64,000 bases of DNA. Origin: Eledone cirrhosa. Its lineage: Eukaryota. Shown here piece by piece: positions 40,622 to 54,200 of this stretch. The notes under the pieces were generated by a model. It was not told the origin of the DNA. It saw nothing but the letters and a program-made list of their open reading frames with translations, and made no database searches. The translations under genes were made by a program, and so were the position numbers. The stretch covers positions 62,496,001 to 62,560,000 of the forward strand of contig OZ024747.1 in NCBI GenBank assembly GCA_964016885.1, given 5' to 3'. How positions within the stretch are numbered: position 1 is the first letter of the stretch; every line of letters starts with the position of its first letter.

Positions 40622-40691
40622 CATGAAGCAAAAGGCCACTTCTTAAGCATCCGTAATAACGGATGCTTAAGAAGTGGCCTTTTGCTTCATG
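40622..40691. repeat. Perfect hairpin, 33-bp arms, 4-nt loop
   Basis: CATGAAGCAAAAGGCCACTTCTTAAGCATCCGT-AATA-reverse complement. Confidence 0.95.
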
Positions 40692-41216
40692 GTCATTTTT
40701 CTCCCTCCAAGTGTTTTTGGCAAATCTTATGAAGTCTTTGGAATATATTATTCTAATACGTACATTCTTCTGCATTCCATATTCTTTACAGCAATGTTTT
40801 ATATGACAGTTGATTTATTGGACATTATGCTTTGTAAATGGTTCGAATCTGCACTTCAGATTCTATAATATATATATATATATATATATACAAAATTTAG
40901 TACAGCATCAACGAAGCCATGGTTGCAGCCAAGCTAACGAATGCAGTTTCGGTGTGCAGCAAAACACTCGGATAGGGTATATAACCCTAGAGTTATAACA
41001 TTACGTTTAGACAGCTTTGCAAAATGAATACAGCGACCGATAGAAGGGCCACAGTGACTATAGCCACGAAAAAGACTGAACTCAGGAAAAATTTGACCAA
41101 CCTGGACCGTCGCGTCGACATCATGCATAACACATAATACATATAATATATGCCATATAACATACATCACAAGTAATCCACAATATCTCCGCTAGGTTTC
41201 TGTAAATCCGAAATCA

Positions 41217-41290
<74 letters not shown>

Positions 41291-41418
41291 AAAGTTATAT
41301 TTAAATTGTTGGGTTAACAACGAGTAAATATTTATAACTGATATAAAAGCACTCAACAAGTATTTGGAGTATATTTATGATATTAAATAAATGGAAACTA
41401 TATTTATAAAACCATATT

Positions 41419-41484
41419 TATTTCGTTATATATATTTCAGGGATATCATATTAACAATATGTTATGCCTTCTTTAGACAAAATA
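41419..41484 (-). ncRNA. Hammerhead copy with G5A core mutation (predicted inactive)
   Basis: Minus strand: TATTTTGT CTAAAGA AGG...CCT GAAA TATATA TA ACGAAATA. Confidence 0.75.
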
Positions 41485-41577
41485 CAATATAAACAGTCTT
41501 ATAAATAATCAACCTCCCAAATGCAAGGTGATTGAAAGGTATGTCGTATCTATTTATTTATAAGACTGTTTATATTG

Positions 41578-41643
41578 TATTTTGTCTGAAGAAGGTATAA
41601 CATATTGTTAATATGATATCCCTGAAATATATATAACGAAATA
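41578..41643 (+). ncRNA. Minimal type I hammerhead ribozyme
   Basis: Stem I TATTTTGT/ACGAAATA; CTGAAGA 41586-41592; stem II AGG..CATATT-GTT-AATATG..CCT; GAAA 41624-41627; stem III ATATATAT; cleavage triplet AUA. Confidence 0.88.
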
Positions 41644-41693
41644 AATATGGTTTTATAAATATAGTTTCCATTTATTTAATATCATATATATAC

Positions 41694-41784
<91 letters not shown>

Positions 41785-41785
<1 letters not shown>

Positions 41786-41994
41786 CGGAGGAAATGTGGT
41801 AAGGAACCAGGTGGACCATAACGCACCAAAGTACTCAATACTTGAGGTAGTAGAGTGGGTAATAGGAACCAGTAAGACCCCGACAGCTGAGCTCAAGCCG
41901 TTTCGACGGCTAATTCTGGACTCGACGGCTAATTCTGGAGTCCAGAATTAGCCGTCGAAACGGCTTGAGCTCAGCTGTCGGGGTCTTACTGGTT

Positions 41995-41997
<3 letters not shown>
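41785..41997 (-). mobile_element. Penelope-like fold-back unit, same family as 27029-27217
   Basis: Two inverted GAAA CGGCT..AGCTG TC GGGG half-ribozymes joined through the palindrome GACGGCTAATTCTGGA-G-TCCAGAATTAGCCGTC. Confidence 0.78.
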
Positions 41998-42043
<46 letters not shown>

Positions 42044-42128
42044 TATTAATAATGAGTTCAAAACTCAGGCAGTCCTTTACAATGAAATAGCTCAAAGAAA
42101 GAAGTATTTCTGAGCCGTGTAATACAAG

Positions 42129-42607
42129 TTAATATAAATTAATATATTTGATAAACACGAATACCAACATATCTGTGTTTGTATTGTAAATGACTAAGTT
42201 AGCTAGATTGAAAAATTAGCACCACGGCCATTTGCCAATATGCTTTGTTTTTATTGATTTATTATTTTAAATCGAGACAGGCAAACTGTATTATTATAAT
42301 CTAGCTAACTAAGTAAATGACTAAGTTAGCTAGATTATAATTGTTTCTACGTTAGGCACAAGGCCACCAATTACCCAGTGTATTACTGGTACTTTATTTT
42401 ATCGACCCTGTAAGGATGAAAGGCCGAGGTTAACTTTGCCTTTCATCCTTACAGGGTCGATAAAATAAAGTACCAGTAATACACTGGAAAATTGGTGGCC
42501 TTGTGCCTAACGTAGAAACAATTATAATCTAGCTAACTTAGTCATTTACAATACAAACACAGATATGTTGGTATTCGTGTTTATTAAATATATTAATTTA
42601 TGTTAAC
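42129..42607. repeat. Local inverted duplication containing a folded SINE1
   Basis: 42314-42424 is the reverse complement of 42438-42549; 42129-42209 is the reverse complement of 42526-42607. Confidence 0.9.
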
Positions 42608-42609
42608 TT

Positions 42610-42674
<65 letters not shown>

Positions 42675-43619
42675 CATACATATATACATGTGTGCGCGTG
42701 TGTGTGTATATATATATATGTATGCGTGCGTGTTTGTGTATATATATACATCTGTATATATATATATATGCACACATATTATAAATATATATATATGTGT
42801 GTGTGTGTGTGCGCGTGTTTGTGTATATACATATATAAATATATATATATATATACGTGTGTGGGTGTTTGTGTATATACATATATAAATATATACGTGT
42901 GTGTGTGTGTATACATGTATGCATGCGTGTTTGTGTATATATATAATCTGTATATATACATGCACACATATACATATACAAATATATATATATATATGTT
43001 TGTGTATATACATATATAAATATATATATGTGTGTCTGTGTGTGTATATGTGTGAGTGTGTGTGTATATACATGTATGCGTGCGTGTTTGTGTATATATA
43101 TATATATATATATATACATCTGTATATATATGCACACATATACATATATAAATATATATATATATATATGTGTAGGTGTGTGCGTGCTTGTGTATATACA
43201 TATATATATATATATATATATACATATATGTGTGTGTGTGTGTGTGTGTGCGTATATGTGTGACTTTGTGTCGGAGTTTATATGGGTTACAACAGTTACA
43301 ACGATTTGTGCAAGATCATGAAATAATCTTTTGGAACTGATAATAAGAATTGCTAGTCATAAGTCAGAAAATTGTTTCTGTAGAGGGTTGGTTTGAACTC
43401 TTGATTCAACTAGTCTTAGTTCATCATTAATCCTCCGTTTATTCTATTTAAGAACATAGGAAGAATGACATGTCAGATGAAGGCTGGGGGAGTTTAGAGA
43501 TTTTGTTGAAAAGACAACAGTTTTGGTTCGTCTGAGAATGTCATCTTGAGAAACAGATGAATTGGTTTTGGACGGAGACAACCATTAAAAATGATTTCAT
43601 TTTGTATTTATTTGAGTGA

Positions 43620-43975
43620 GGAATAGAGAGAGAGAGAGATGTGGAGAGGGGAGAGGTGAGAGAAAAAGAGTGGGAGAGGCGGTGAGAGAGGAAGGAGGGA
43701 GAGAATAAGATAAAGAGAGAATAAGAGATATAAAGAAAGAGAGAGAGAGAAGTAGGGAGAAAGACGGGAAGGAGACAGAGAAGAAGTGGGAGTGAGTGAT
43801 GAAGAGAGAGAGAGAGGGGGAGGAGAAAGAGAGCAAGAGAGAGTGAGTGAGGAAAAGAGAGTGAGAGGGGGAGGATAAAAGAGGACGAGAGATTGAGAGG
43901 TAGAAGAGAAAGAGAGGAAGAGAGATATGAAGAGAAAGAGGAAGAGTGAGAGAGTAAGAAAGAAGATAAGAAAAG
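43620..43975. repeat. Polypurine low-complexity tract
   Basis: Almost entirely A/G on the + strand. Confidence 0.9.
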
Positions 43976-44734
43976 TCAGTATAAAACTCCATAAGAAGAT
44001 GTAGGTGTTGGTCGACCTAGACATCAGTCTTGGGGTCCTATATTCTAATCATTGATTTCATCACTGCTATTTGTTTTAGCTCCATGTTAATCCTGACCCT
44101 GCATACCTCTTATAAAAGATGCTCCAGTCGTGACTGTCACCTCCTTTTCTATACCAGAGACTACATTGTCTTATATAACCTTTATTTATTTAACTCTTTC
44201 GCTGTCCGAGTTCTAATAAAAAAACACTGCTTCTGGTCTTTATATCATTTTGAACATAATAAAGTTGGAAAGATTTATTAATATAATCAATTTTCTCGTT
44301 ATTAACGTGTTATTCGGAACATACCGTACAGACTGGGGTGTAGAGTCTGTCGCCTCCTCACCTTTCTTCTTCTTCTTCTTCTTCTTCTTCTTTTTCTTCT
44401 CCTCCTCCTCCTCCTCCTCCTCCTCCTCCTCCTCCTCCTCCTCCTCCTCTTTCCTTTCCGTTTCTTTTTTGCTATTTATATTGTAGTTTTTTTTAATCAT
44501 ATATTCTTTTTTCTTTAATAAAAACTTTTCACTTTAATCTTATATAAAATTATAATGGAAAATGTTCATATAACTAAACAGTATACAGCTTTGTATTGTA
44601 GAACCATAGCGATTTCAATTCAAGTAGTTTGTTATGAAAAGGGTTAAAACAGAATTGAGAGAGGTTTGGCATCTAGTCGTTGACTCTTCATCCATTTTGG
44701 GGGTAGTTTTGCAGCACACTTCATTCTGTCTTAT

Positions 44735-44830
44735 TACTTCTTCGCCTACTTGTTCCTGAGAGGGTCGTGGGAACAGAGCTCTAAAAGACTCCTTCCAGTG
44801 GGTCCTGTCAGAAGCAAACGTTTTCAACGA
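44735..44830 (-). mobile_element. RTE-clade LINE extreme 3' fragment
   Basis: FASDRTHWKESFRALFPRPSQE is homologous to the end of 17190-17492. Confidence 0.7.
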
Positions 44831-45162
44831 TACATTTACTTCTGACAGGAGAAAAATATTTTTCTTCTTAAAAATAAGATATTAAAATTTTTTTTTGTAT
44901 TTTTTTTGTTGTAATTTATCTTTATAATTTGTTGTTTTTCTTTTAGTTGGATCACCAAGTGAAACCAGCCAATATCGTGGATGTTATTCAACCATCTTGC
45001 TCTGGGTCTACCACCGAAACTACAATATGGTGATGTCTTATTACAATTAGCTAAATAAAAATATTGTCTTTCTGAGAATGACTGACGTTTTATCTAGTCT
45101 GACTTATCTCATAACTACTTAACATTATTCAATTTATGTGGATATTATAATCATTTACATTA

Positions 45163-45374
45163 GGGCGGTGGATTGGCAGTATCGATAGAGGGTCGGACGC
45201 CATGCTTTGCAGCATAGATTTACGGCCCTTTATGATCTGAGTTCAAATCCCGCCGAGGTTAACTTTGCCTTTCATCCTTATGAGGTCGATAAAATAAAGT
45301 ACCAGTCACGCACTGGGGTCGATTTAATCGACTTTCCCCTTCCCCCACATTGGCTTGTGCCTATATAAGAAACC
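45163..45374 (+). mobile_element. SINE family 1, full length, 19-bp TSD
   Basis: TSD ATTATAATCATTTACATTA (45144-45162) / ATTATAATCACTTACATTA (45375-45393). Confidence 0.92.
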
Positions 45375-46319
45375 ATTATAATCACTTACATTATATTTCA
45401 CCGTCGCAAAAGAACAAAACTAAGTTATATATCTTAGTCTTAGGCCCTTCTATGCCTTAAGGCAATGAGTCTTCTCTAATTTTCATTGGATATTTCTTCA
45501 TTGTTTCTGTAACGATTGAGGGTTTTACGGGGTCAGGGTGGTGGCCTGACGCCTAAAACATCCCCATATCTCAACACGGTCTTGAGATCGGCTTCAGATG
45601 GGTTAAGTTATATGGTGAGAAATGATATACACAAATGAAAGTAAATGTGACACATTGTATTAATTTGAAAAACATATCTCTAACTCTGCTAGTTATAGCT
45701 ATAATATTATTAATTAAAAGTTAATAATATCATAGCAAGACTAGACAGGAAATAAACAAACAAGAACATGACAGAAAGTTTAACTAAAATTTAGACATGG
45801 TATTATGAATCTTTTGTATACCGAAAGCTTTTATAAAATATCTATATTGGAACAAAATTTATCGACGAAAGAATAAAAAGAAACTTATTAAAGCTAATAT
45901 AAAATTTACGACTATAACATTATCTTTTACAAAATTTATCGCTATGAAAATTTCTGTAATAAGATTTACCATTACAAAAATATCATTTATAAAATTGATC
46001 ATTATCTTGTAAAATAAAAAGTTAGGATCGCAAAAATATCTATTATAAAATTTACGACTACAAAAATAGTTCACATATAATTGAAACTTTCAGATATATC
46101 TATGATAACATTTAGAACTACAATTATCTACGGTAAAATTTATAACTATGAATATATATATTAATCCTGAATTGAGTCAGGGGCAACACGGTTCTAGTCC
46201 TGTAGAAGTCCCCCTCTATCTATATCTATATATATGAATGGACCTGTTATTTTTATCTAAAGACATTTTTTCCAATTCCAACTCGCCCGTCCCTTCAATC
46301 TATCTTATTTCCCATTCTT

Positions 46320-46358
46320 TCTTCTGATGAAGGACTAGCGTCCGACGAAACATTAAGA
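46320..46358 (+). ncRNA. Degenerate minimal hammerhead
   Basis: TCTT CTGATGA A-GGAC-TAGC-GTCC-GAC GAAA CA TT AAGA, within a ~200-bp island between (TA)n tracts. Confidence 0.55.
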
Positions 46359-46488
46359 GCCCCTTCCTGCTATTTCAAGCGTTAACCTAATATATTCCTT
46401 CCATACACTGTAGCGATTGTGTTGATATTTCTGTTTACCTATATTATATATATATATAATATATATATTATATATATATATGTATAAT

Positions 46489-46575
<87 letters not shown>

Positions 46576-46581
46576 ATATAT

Positions 46582-46615
<34 letters not shown>

Positions 46616-46623
46616 ATATATAT

Positions 46624-46687
<64 letters not shown>

Positions 46688-46691
<4 letters not shown>

Positions 46692-46808
46692 GTTTCTACT
46701 TTTGACACAAGGCCAGCAATTATCCCAGCGTATTACTGGTAGTTTATTTTATCGACCCCGTAAGGATGAAAGGCAAAGTTAACCTCGGCGGGATTTGAAC
46801 TCAGAATG

Positions 46809-46810
<2 letters not shown>
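46688..46810 (-). mobile_element. SINE family 1, 5'-truncated
   Basis: B-box, core and tail present. Confidence 0.85.
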
Positions 46811-46867
<57 letters not shown>

Positions 46868-47646
46868 CACATATATATACATATTGTTATTCTATCTTCA
46901 AATAACGGGATTCTCCCCCTCTCTCTTTTCTTTAAAAAATCTCAGTGAATATGCGAGCTAGGATGACCCCCTACACTTCCCCTCCTAAACCAATATCAAC
47001 AACATACATTTCTGACAAATATTCCCAAACTATCCTTATTCTTCGCTTTACTGTAATCCCATTCTTATCAAAAGACATGTATCTTACACCTCATTAACCC
47101 CACCACCACCACCACCAGAGACGCACCTAAATTCATCTTTAATATAGAAAATTGTTGAAGGCATTCTTTATAAATTTAAGAGAGTTGTTTCAGCTATAAG
47201 AAATGAATTTGAAAAACATCCTGACATCATATTCGTCAGAGGTCATTTATTGAAATGGAACCAGCAGTCCCTTTCTTAAACATACTTTAAATAAGTCCCA
47301 AAATCACTCCCGTCCCATTATCTTGCTGTCAACCTTCACCATTTTCTGTGTATATGTGTGTGTGTGTGTGTGCGTGTGTGTATGCTTTAATTCCTTTAAA
47401 TCTTCATCAACACTCCTTCAGTCTCACACTCATTAAACCCCCCACCCCCACCCCAGACACATCCAAATCTCTCTTATATATAGAGTCACACATCACAACA
47501 CAACCTGACCTCAGTTTGACAATCGCCACCAACGAATGCGAGAAAGTTCTCAAAGAAAGTTAACCTGGAATCTTTAAAATTCTTCCCACCAAAGTTAACA
47601 AAGAACTTACTAGATCTACCAACTCATAATATTATATTACAAAATA

Positions 47647-47833
47647 GGCGGTGGATTGGCAGTATCGGTAGAGGGTCGGACGCCATGCTTTCCAGCATAG
47701 TTACGTCCCTTTACGATCTGAGGTCAAATCCCGCCGAGGTTGACTTTGCCTTTCATCCTTACGGGGTCGATAAAATAAAGTACCAGTAATACACTGAGTA
47801 ATTGCTGGCCTTGTGCCTAAAGTAGAAACAATA
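47647..47833 (+). mobile_element. SINE family 1, full length
   Basis: Consensus-like copy with an imperfect AT-rich TSD. Confidence 0.9.
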
Positions 47834-47900
47834 ATATATTATAAAATTAAATCAAATTATTTAGAACTACAAGTGAAGTCATTCTTTCTTTTTTTTTCAA

Positions 47901-47937
<37 letters not shown>

Positions 47938-48126
47938 TACACACACATATATATATATATATACATATATATACATATACATATACACACACATATATAT
48001 ATATATATATACATATATATACATATACATACATATATATAAATATATACACACATATATGTATATACATATACATACATATACATACATATATATATAT
48101 ACACACATATATATATATACATATGC

Positions 48127-48165
<39 letters not shown>

Positions 48166-48197
48166 AATATATATACATATATATATGTATGCATATG

Positions 48198-48252
<55 letters not shown>

Positions 48253-48303
48253 GACAACACGTTTCAAAAAACAACTGGAAACTAACAAATAAAAATAGCA
48301 AAA

Positions 48304-48362
<59 letters not shown>

Positions 48363-49309
48363 ATTTAAAAAAAACAATAACAACAAAAATATATTGTTTT
48401 CTGTTTCCAAGGAATCTAACATATAATGTAATATAGACTGAGATAAAATATAGCCGAGAGGAAGGTTGATAAATAACAACAGAATCTAAACTGAAAATAG
48501 TATTTGAAAAAATATCTTGCTCAGCTTCTGGCAAGAAAAGACCTTTCGTAGCCAAGACCTGACAAGACTGATCAAAGCGGAAATGTTAAAATTGTAGAAT
48601 TACGGCACTGGCTGCTGTGAAATGTAGGATTGATAACTGAGAACAAAAGATGTTCTATTAGAAATAGAAGACTAAAGTCACCCTATTGGTGGAAGTACGT
48701 GTAGGTATTGGTGGTGTCACACACTCACGATCATAGCGTCATGGGTTCGATTCCTGGACCGGGGTTTTCGTGAAAAACACCGGGCCTCTTATTAAAACAA
48801 TAAAAGCATACAGAAAACTTCATAAAAGACCAACTAAACATATATAGGTGTTAGCTGTAAGCTTCCCTTTATTAACTGGATATTGGTAACTAACAGAGAA
48901 TAGAATAAAGGAGGAAACTAAAAGTAACCATAGAATATCTGAAGGTTGTAAAGAAACAATTAATTACATTGTATCTGGAGTTTCCTCCTCACTGTTAAGT
49001 CCATAAATAAGGGAAACCTGATGACATTTTTCAGTACCTCCGAGGTTGGAGAGAGAAAGGTATCCCTAAAACAAAGATGTAGGCTAAATACCCACCCAAA
49101 ACCATGTGGTGGTGGTGGTGTTAAATCTGGCGACGGATTATGTCTACCACTGCTAACTTTTCCTCCTTTACAAATAATATATGTAGAAGCATTGTGTGTG
49201 TGTGACAGCTCACACCTATGCAGGTTTAGCTGGCCTCCTCCAAGATATATCTCGTTGTAGATATCTTAGGTAATTTAATGATAGGGTCTCCAGTCCTATC
49301 ATCTTATTT

Positions 49310-49442
49310 CTACAGCTGAGTAAACTGGAGCAACGTGAAATAAAGTGTCTTGCTCAAGGAAAAACACATCACTCGGTCCGAGAATTGAACTCACAACCTT
49401 TCGATTGCAAGCTCAATGCTCTAACCACTAAGCCATGCGCCT
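49310..49442 (-). mobile_element. SINE family 2 head and core
   Basis: Minus strand GGCGCATGGCTTAGTGGTTAGAGC...GAGTTCAATTCTC...CCTTGAGCAAGACACTTTATTTCACG. Confidence 0.85.
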
Positions 49443-49527
49443 TCACGAAGCATTACCGTGTTGGGAACTTTTACACAATGAAGTTTATGCCAGCATATGT
49501 TATAAACATATACAAGAAACGTCTCAG

Positions 49528-49713
49528 AGAAGAGAATAATAATATGACTATATTCTGGAACATCCCAGGAAGATTAAGAAAAACCCACTACATATTATTC
49601 CCTCTACAACGTACGAAAATATATCTATGAAACAAATGGCAAAATTATCCAAATTTGAAGATCTAGAAATGGAACTAGAATATGGGGGTTGAAAACAGAA
49701 ATAATTCCAATAT
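49528..49713 (+). mobile_element. R4/NeSL-like retrotransposon endonuclease-region remnant
   Basis: Frameshifted EENNNMTIFWNIP ... ENISMKQMAKLSKFEDLEMELE / WGLKTEIIPI resembles the RLE motif NI..K..EK..KY.DL..E....W..K..IIP. Confidence 0.6.
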
Positions 49714-50187
49714 AATCTCCTTCTTACATCTTCAAAATAAAACGTAATGTCGACTGATTACCAAGTGGTATTAGGATTCAATGAAGCAAATACTGTGCAT
49801 TAAAAAAAAAAAAATTAATTTTTTCTTTGATATTCACTTTAATTCAAATGATAGTTCTTATTAGATAGGAGAACATATAAAAAAACTACTGAAACCTGCA
49901 AAAAAAAAAAGTGCTCATCAGAGTATGATGTATTGGTCGTGCAATAACCCGGACCTAATCCACACCAAGTATAAAAAAACGTGCACAGATTAATCAAGAA
50001 AGAAGTTCAGTGAAAAATAATGAATAAAAGCAGACGATCATCATGGCATTACCGGATTGAATGAGTGTTGCAAAGAAAGCTTTGATGGATGATGAACTTT
50101 TAACAGAAGACAACAATACACCTAAAATAATAACATAAACAAGAGAAAAAATAATAATAAAATGAGAAAAAATCTAATTCCTAAGGG

Positions 50188-50196
50188 AATAACAAT

Positions 50197-50227
<31 letters not shown>

Positions 50228-50525
50228 CACTACCACAACCAGCAACAACAACAACAACAGCACTGCCACCACAAGCACCAGCAGAAGCAGCAACAACAAC
50301 AAAAACAACGCCACTACCACATGCACCACCAGCAACAACAGCAACAACAACAACAACAACAACACCCGCAACAATAACAACAACAACACCACAACCACCA
50401 GCAGCAGCAACAACAACAAAAACACCCCCACCACCACATGCACCACCAGCAACAACAGCAACAACAACCACCAGAAACAACAACAACAACGGCAACAAAA
50501 GCAACACCACCACCAACAACAACAC
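50188..50525. repeat. Compound (CAA/CAG/CAC)n trinucleotide tract
   Basis: Direct inspection; includes an internal duplication (CCACCAGCAG.AGCA.CAACAACAA...CCACATGCACCACCAGCAAC). Confidence 0.9.
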
Positions 50526-50741
50526 CATTGATTGAATGCATAATTTAAAGAATAGAACATGATTAAATAGTATGTTGAAATAACTGATTATTGATTTTAA
50601 CCGACATTTTTCTTCGGCTTTCAACAAGAAAACACTGTTGCATAACAATCTTTTCCTTTCGTTCGCCCTTTTTTAATTATTTCGAAAGTGTATGTAAAAT
50701 ACAGGAATACACTGATGTGTAAGGCAAAATACATACACACC

Positions 50742-51121
50742 CAGGGTCGGATGTAATGGAAGATGAGGGGACAAAGGAGGCAATTGCCTCGACTCCCTTG
50801 CAATGGAGGGCCCCACCAGCAACGGTTGTAGCAATTTATTTGTGCCCTCAGCTGAGCTTTTTAGTTTTAGGATGAATTTAATACCTGTATGTATAACTTT
50901 TCAATTCCTATTACTTGCGCCAAGCTAACTTTGATATCTAAAATTGGGGGATTTGTTGTGTATTCTAATTTTTTGTGAATGAGAGGGCTCCCAAGGTCCT
51001 TATCCAACACTGCTCACAAGGCTTGTGTCGACCTATGGTAAGGGACACTTGACTAATATTGCTCGGAGTGGGAACGAAATGTAGATGTGCCCCAGGTCCC
51101 CTATGTCTGAATCCAACCTCC
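50742..51121. mobile_element. hAT-like MITE
   Basis: 5' CAGGGTCGGAT and degenerate 3' ATCCAACCTCC; GGGCCCC-type subterminal motifs; 8-bp TSD TACACACC / TACACACT. Confidence 0.55.
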
Positions 51122-51251
51122 TACACACTGTGTATGTGTGCGTGGTTTCCAAAAAGTGGTTGCAAAGGGTTCATCTGAATATACAGACGGATTAAAGGTA
51201 AAAAAGCACTAAACTTCTGTTTTAATCGTAGAGACGCCGTCTTAACACATA

Positions 51252-54200
51252 GGCATTAAGACAGAACAGATACCCAGGTGTTAAGACAGAACAGATACCC
51301 AGGTATTAAGACAGAACAGATACCCAGGCATTAAGACAGAACAGATACCCAGGTATTAAGACAGAACAGATACCCAGGCATTAAGACAGAACAGATACCC
51401 AGGTATTAAGACAGAACAGATACCCAGGTATTAAGACAGAACAGATACCCAGGCATTAAGACGGAACAAATACCGAGGTATTAAGACAGAACAGATACCC
51501 AGGTATTAAGACAGAACAGATACCGAGGTATTAAGACAGAACAGATACCGAGGTATTAAGACAGAACAGATACCCAGGTATTAAGACAGAACAGATACCC
51601 AGGCATTAAGACAGAACAGATACCGAGGTATTAAGACAGAACAGATACCCAGGTATTAAGACAGAACAGATACCCAGGTATTAAGACAGAACAGATACCC
51701 AGGCATTAAGACAGAACAGATACCGAGGTATTAAGACAGAACAGATACCCAGGCATTAAGACAGAACAGATACCCAGGTATTAAGACAGAACAGATACCC
51801 AGGCATTAAGACAGAACAGATACCGAGGTATTAAGACAGAACAGATACCCAGGTATTAAGACAGAACAGATACCCAGGTATTAAGACAGAACAGATACCC
51901 AGGCATTAAGACAGAACAGATACCCAGGTATTAAGACAGAACAGATACCCAGGTATTAAGACAGAACAGATACCCAGGCATTAAGACAGAACAGATACCG
52001 AGGTATTAAGACAGAACAGATACCCAGGTGTTAAGACAGAACAGATACCCAGGTATTAAGACAGAACAGATACCCAGGCATTAAGACAGAACAGATACCG
52101 AGGTATTAAGACAGAACAGATACCCAGGTATTAAGACAGAACAGATACCGAGGTATTAAGACAGAACAGATACCCAGGCATTAAGACAGAACAGATACCC
52201 AGGTATTAAGACAGAACAGATACCGAGGTATTAAGACAGAACAGATACCCAGGTATTAAGACAGAACAGATACCGACGTATTAAGACAGAACAGATACCC
52301 AGGTATTAAGACAGAACAGATACCCAGGCATTAAGACAGAACAGATAGCGAGGTATTAAGACAGAACAGATACCCAGGTATTAAGACAGAACAGATACCC
52401 AGGTATTAAGACAGAACAGATACCCAGGCATTAAGACAGAACAGATACCCAGGTATTAAGACAGAACAGATACCCAGGTATTAAGACAGAACAGATACCC
52501 AGGCATTAAGACAGAACAGATACCGAGGTATTAAGACAGAACAGATACCCAGGTATTAAGACAGAACAGATACCGAGGTATTAAGACAGAACAGATACCG
52601 AGGTATTAAGACAGAACAGATACCCAGGTATTAAGACAGAACAGATACCCAGGTATTAAGACAGAACAGATACCCAGGTATTAAGACAGAACAGATACTG
52701 AAGGTATTAAGACAGAACAGATACCCAGACATTAAGACAGAACAGATACCCAGGTATTAAGACAGAACAGATACCCAGGCATTAAGACAGAACAGATACC
52801 CAGACATTAAGACAGAACAGATACCCAGGTATTAAGACAGAACAGATACCCAGGCATTAAGACAGAACAGATACCCAGGCATTAAGACAGAACAGATACC
52901 CAGGTATTAAGACAGAACAGATACCCAGGCATTAAGACAGAACAGATACCCAGGCATTAAGACAGAGCAGATACCCAGGTATTAAGACAGAACAGATACC
53001 CAGGTATTAAGACAGAACAGATACCCAGACATTAAGACAGAACAGATACCCAGACATTAAGACAGAACAGATACGCAGGTATTAAGACAGAACAGATACC
53101 CAGGCATTAAGACAGAACAGATACCGAGGTATTAAGACAGAACAGATACCCAGGTATTAAGACAGAACAGATACCCAGGCATTAAGACAGAACAGATACC
53201 GAGGTATTAAGACAGAACAGATACCCAGGCATTAAGACAGAACAGATACCCAGGTATTAAGACAGAACAGATACCCAGACATTAAGTCAGAACAGATACC
53301 GAGGTATTAAGACAGAACAGATACCCAGACATTAAGACAGAACAGATACCCAGGCATTAAGACAGAACAGATACCCAGGTATTAAGACAGAACAGAGACC
53401 CAGACATTAAGTCAGAACAGATACCCAGGTATTAAGACAGAACAGATACCCAGACATTAAGACAGAACAGATACCCAGGTATTAAGACAGAACAGATACC
53501 CAGACATTAAGACAGAACAGATACCCAGGTATTAAGACAGAACAGAGACCCAGACATTAAGTCAGAACAGATACCCAGGTATTAAGACAGAACAGATACC
53601 CAGACATTAAGTCAGAACAGATACCCAGGTATTAAGACAGAACAGATACCCAGGCATTAAGACAGAACAGATACCCAGGCATTAAGACAGAACAGATACC
53701 CAGGCATTAAGACAGAACAGATACCCAGGTATTAAGACAGAACAGATACCCAGGTATTAAAACAGAACAGATACCCAGACATTAAGACAGAACAGATACC
53801 CAGACATTAAGACAGAACAGATACCCAGGTATTAAGACAGAACAGATACCCAGGCATTAAGACAGAACAGATACGCAGGTATTAAGACAGAACAGATACC
53901 CAGGCATTAAGACAGAACAGATACCCAGGTATTAAGACAGAACAGGTACCCAGACATTAAGACAGAACAGATACCCAGGTATTAAGACAGAACAGATACC
54001 CAGGTATTAAGACAGAACAGATACCCAGGCATTAAGACAGAACAGATACCCAGGTATTAAGACAGAACAGATACCCAGGCATTAAGACAGAACAGATACC
54101 CAGGTATTAAGACAGAACAGATACCCAGGTATTAAGACAGAACAGAGACCCAGACATTAAGTCAGAACAGATACCCAGGTATTAAGACAGAACAGGTACC

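Larger units (their letters stand above)
41289..41686. mobile_element. Penelope-like inverted pair carrying two divergent hammerheads
   Basis: Arms about 41375-41507 and 41554-41686. Homologous to 10055-10157. GAGTGC motif at 41349-41354 on the minus strand. (TA)n on both sides. Confidence 0.85.

Noticed and set aside
45855-46150. Faint ~30-bp periodicity (AAAATTTATCG.TA...)
   Set aside because: Too degenerate and AT-rich to define reliably by eye; probably an old minisatellite.
49395-49442. tRNA gene candidates in SINE heads
   Set aside because: A/B boxes are present but there is no full cloverleaf, and they continue into SINE cores. They are tRNA-derived SINE heads.
50162-50648. PolyQ/polyC/polyL ORFs
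   Set aside because: Produced by a CAA/CAG microsatellite, with no flanking coding context or splice signals.
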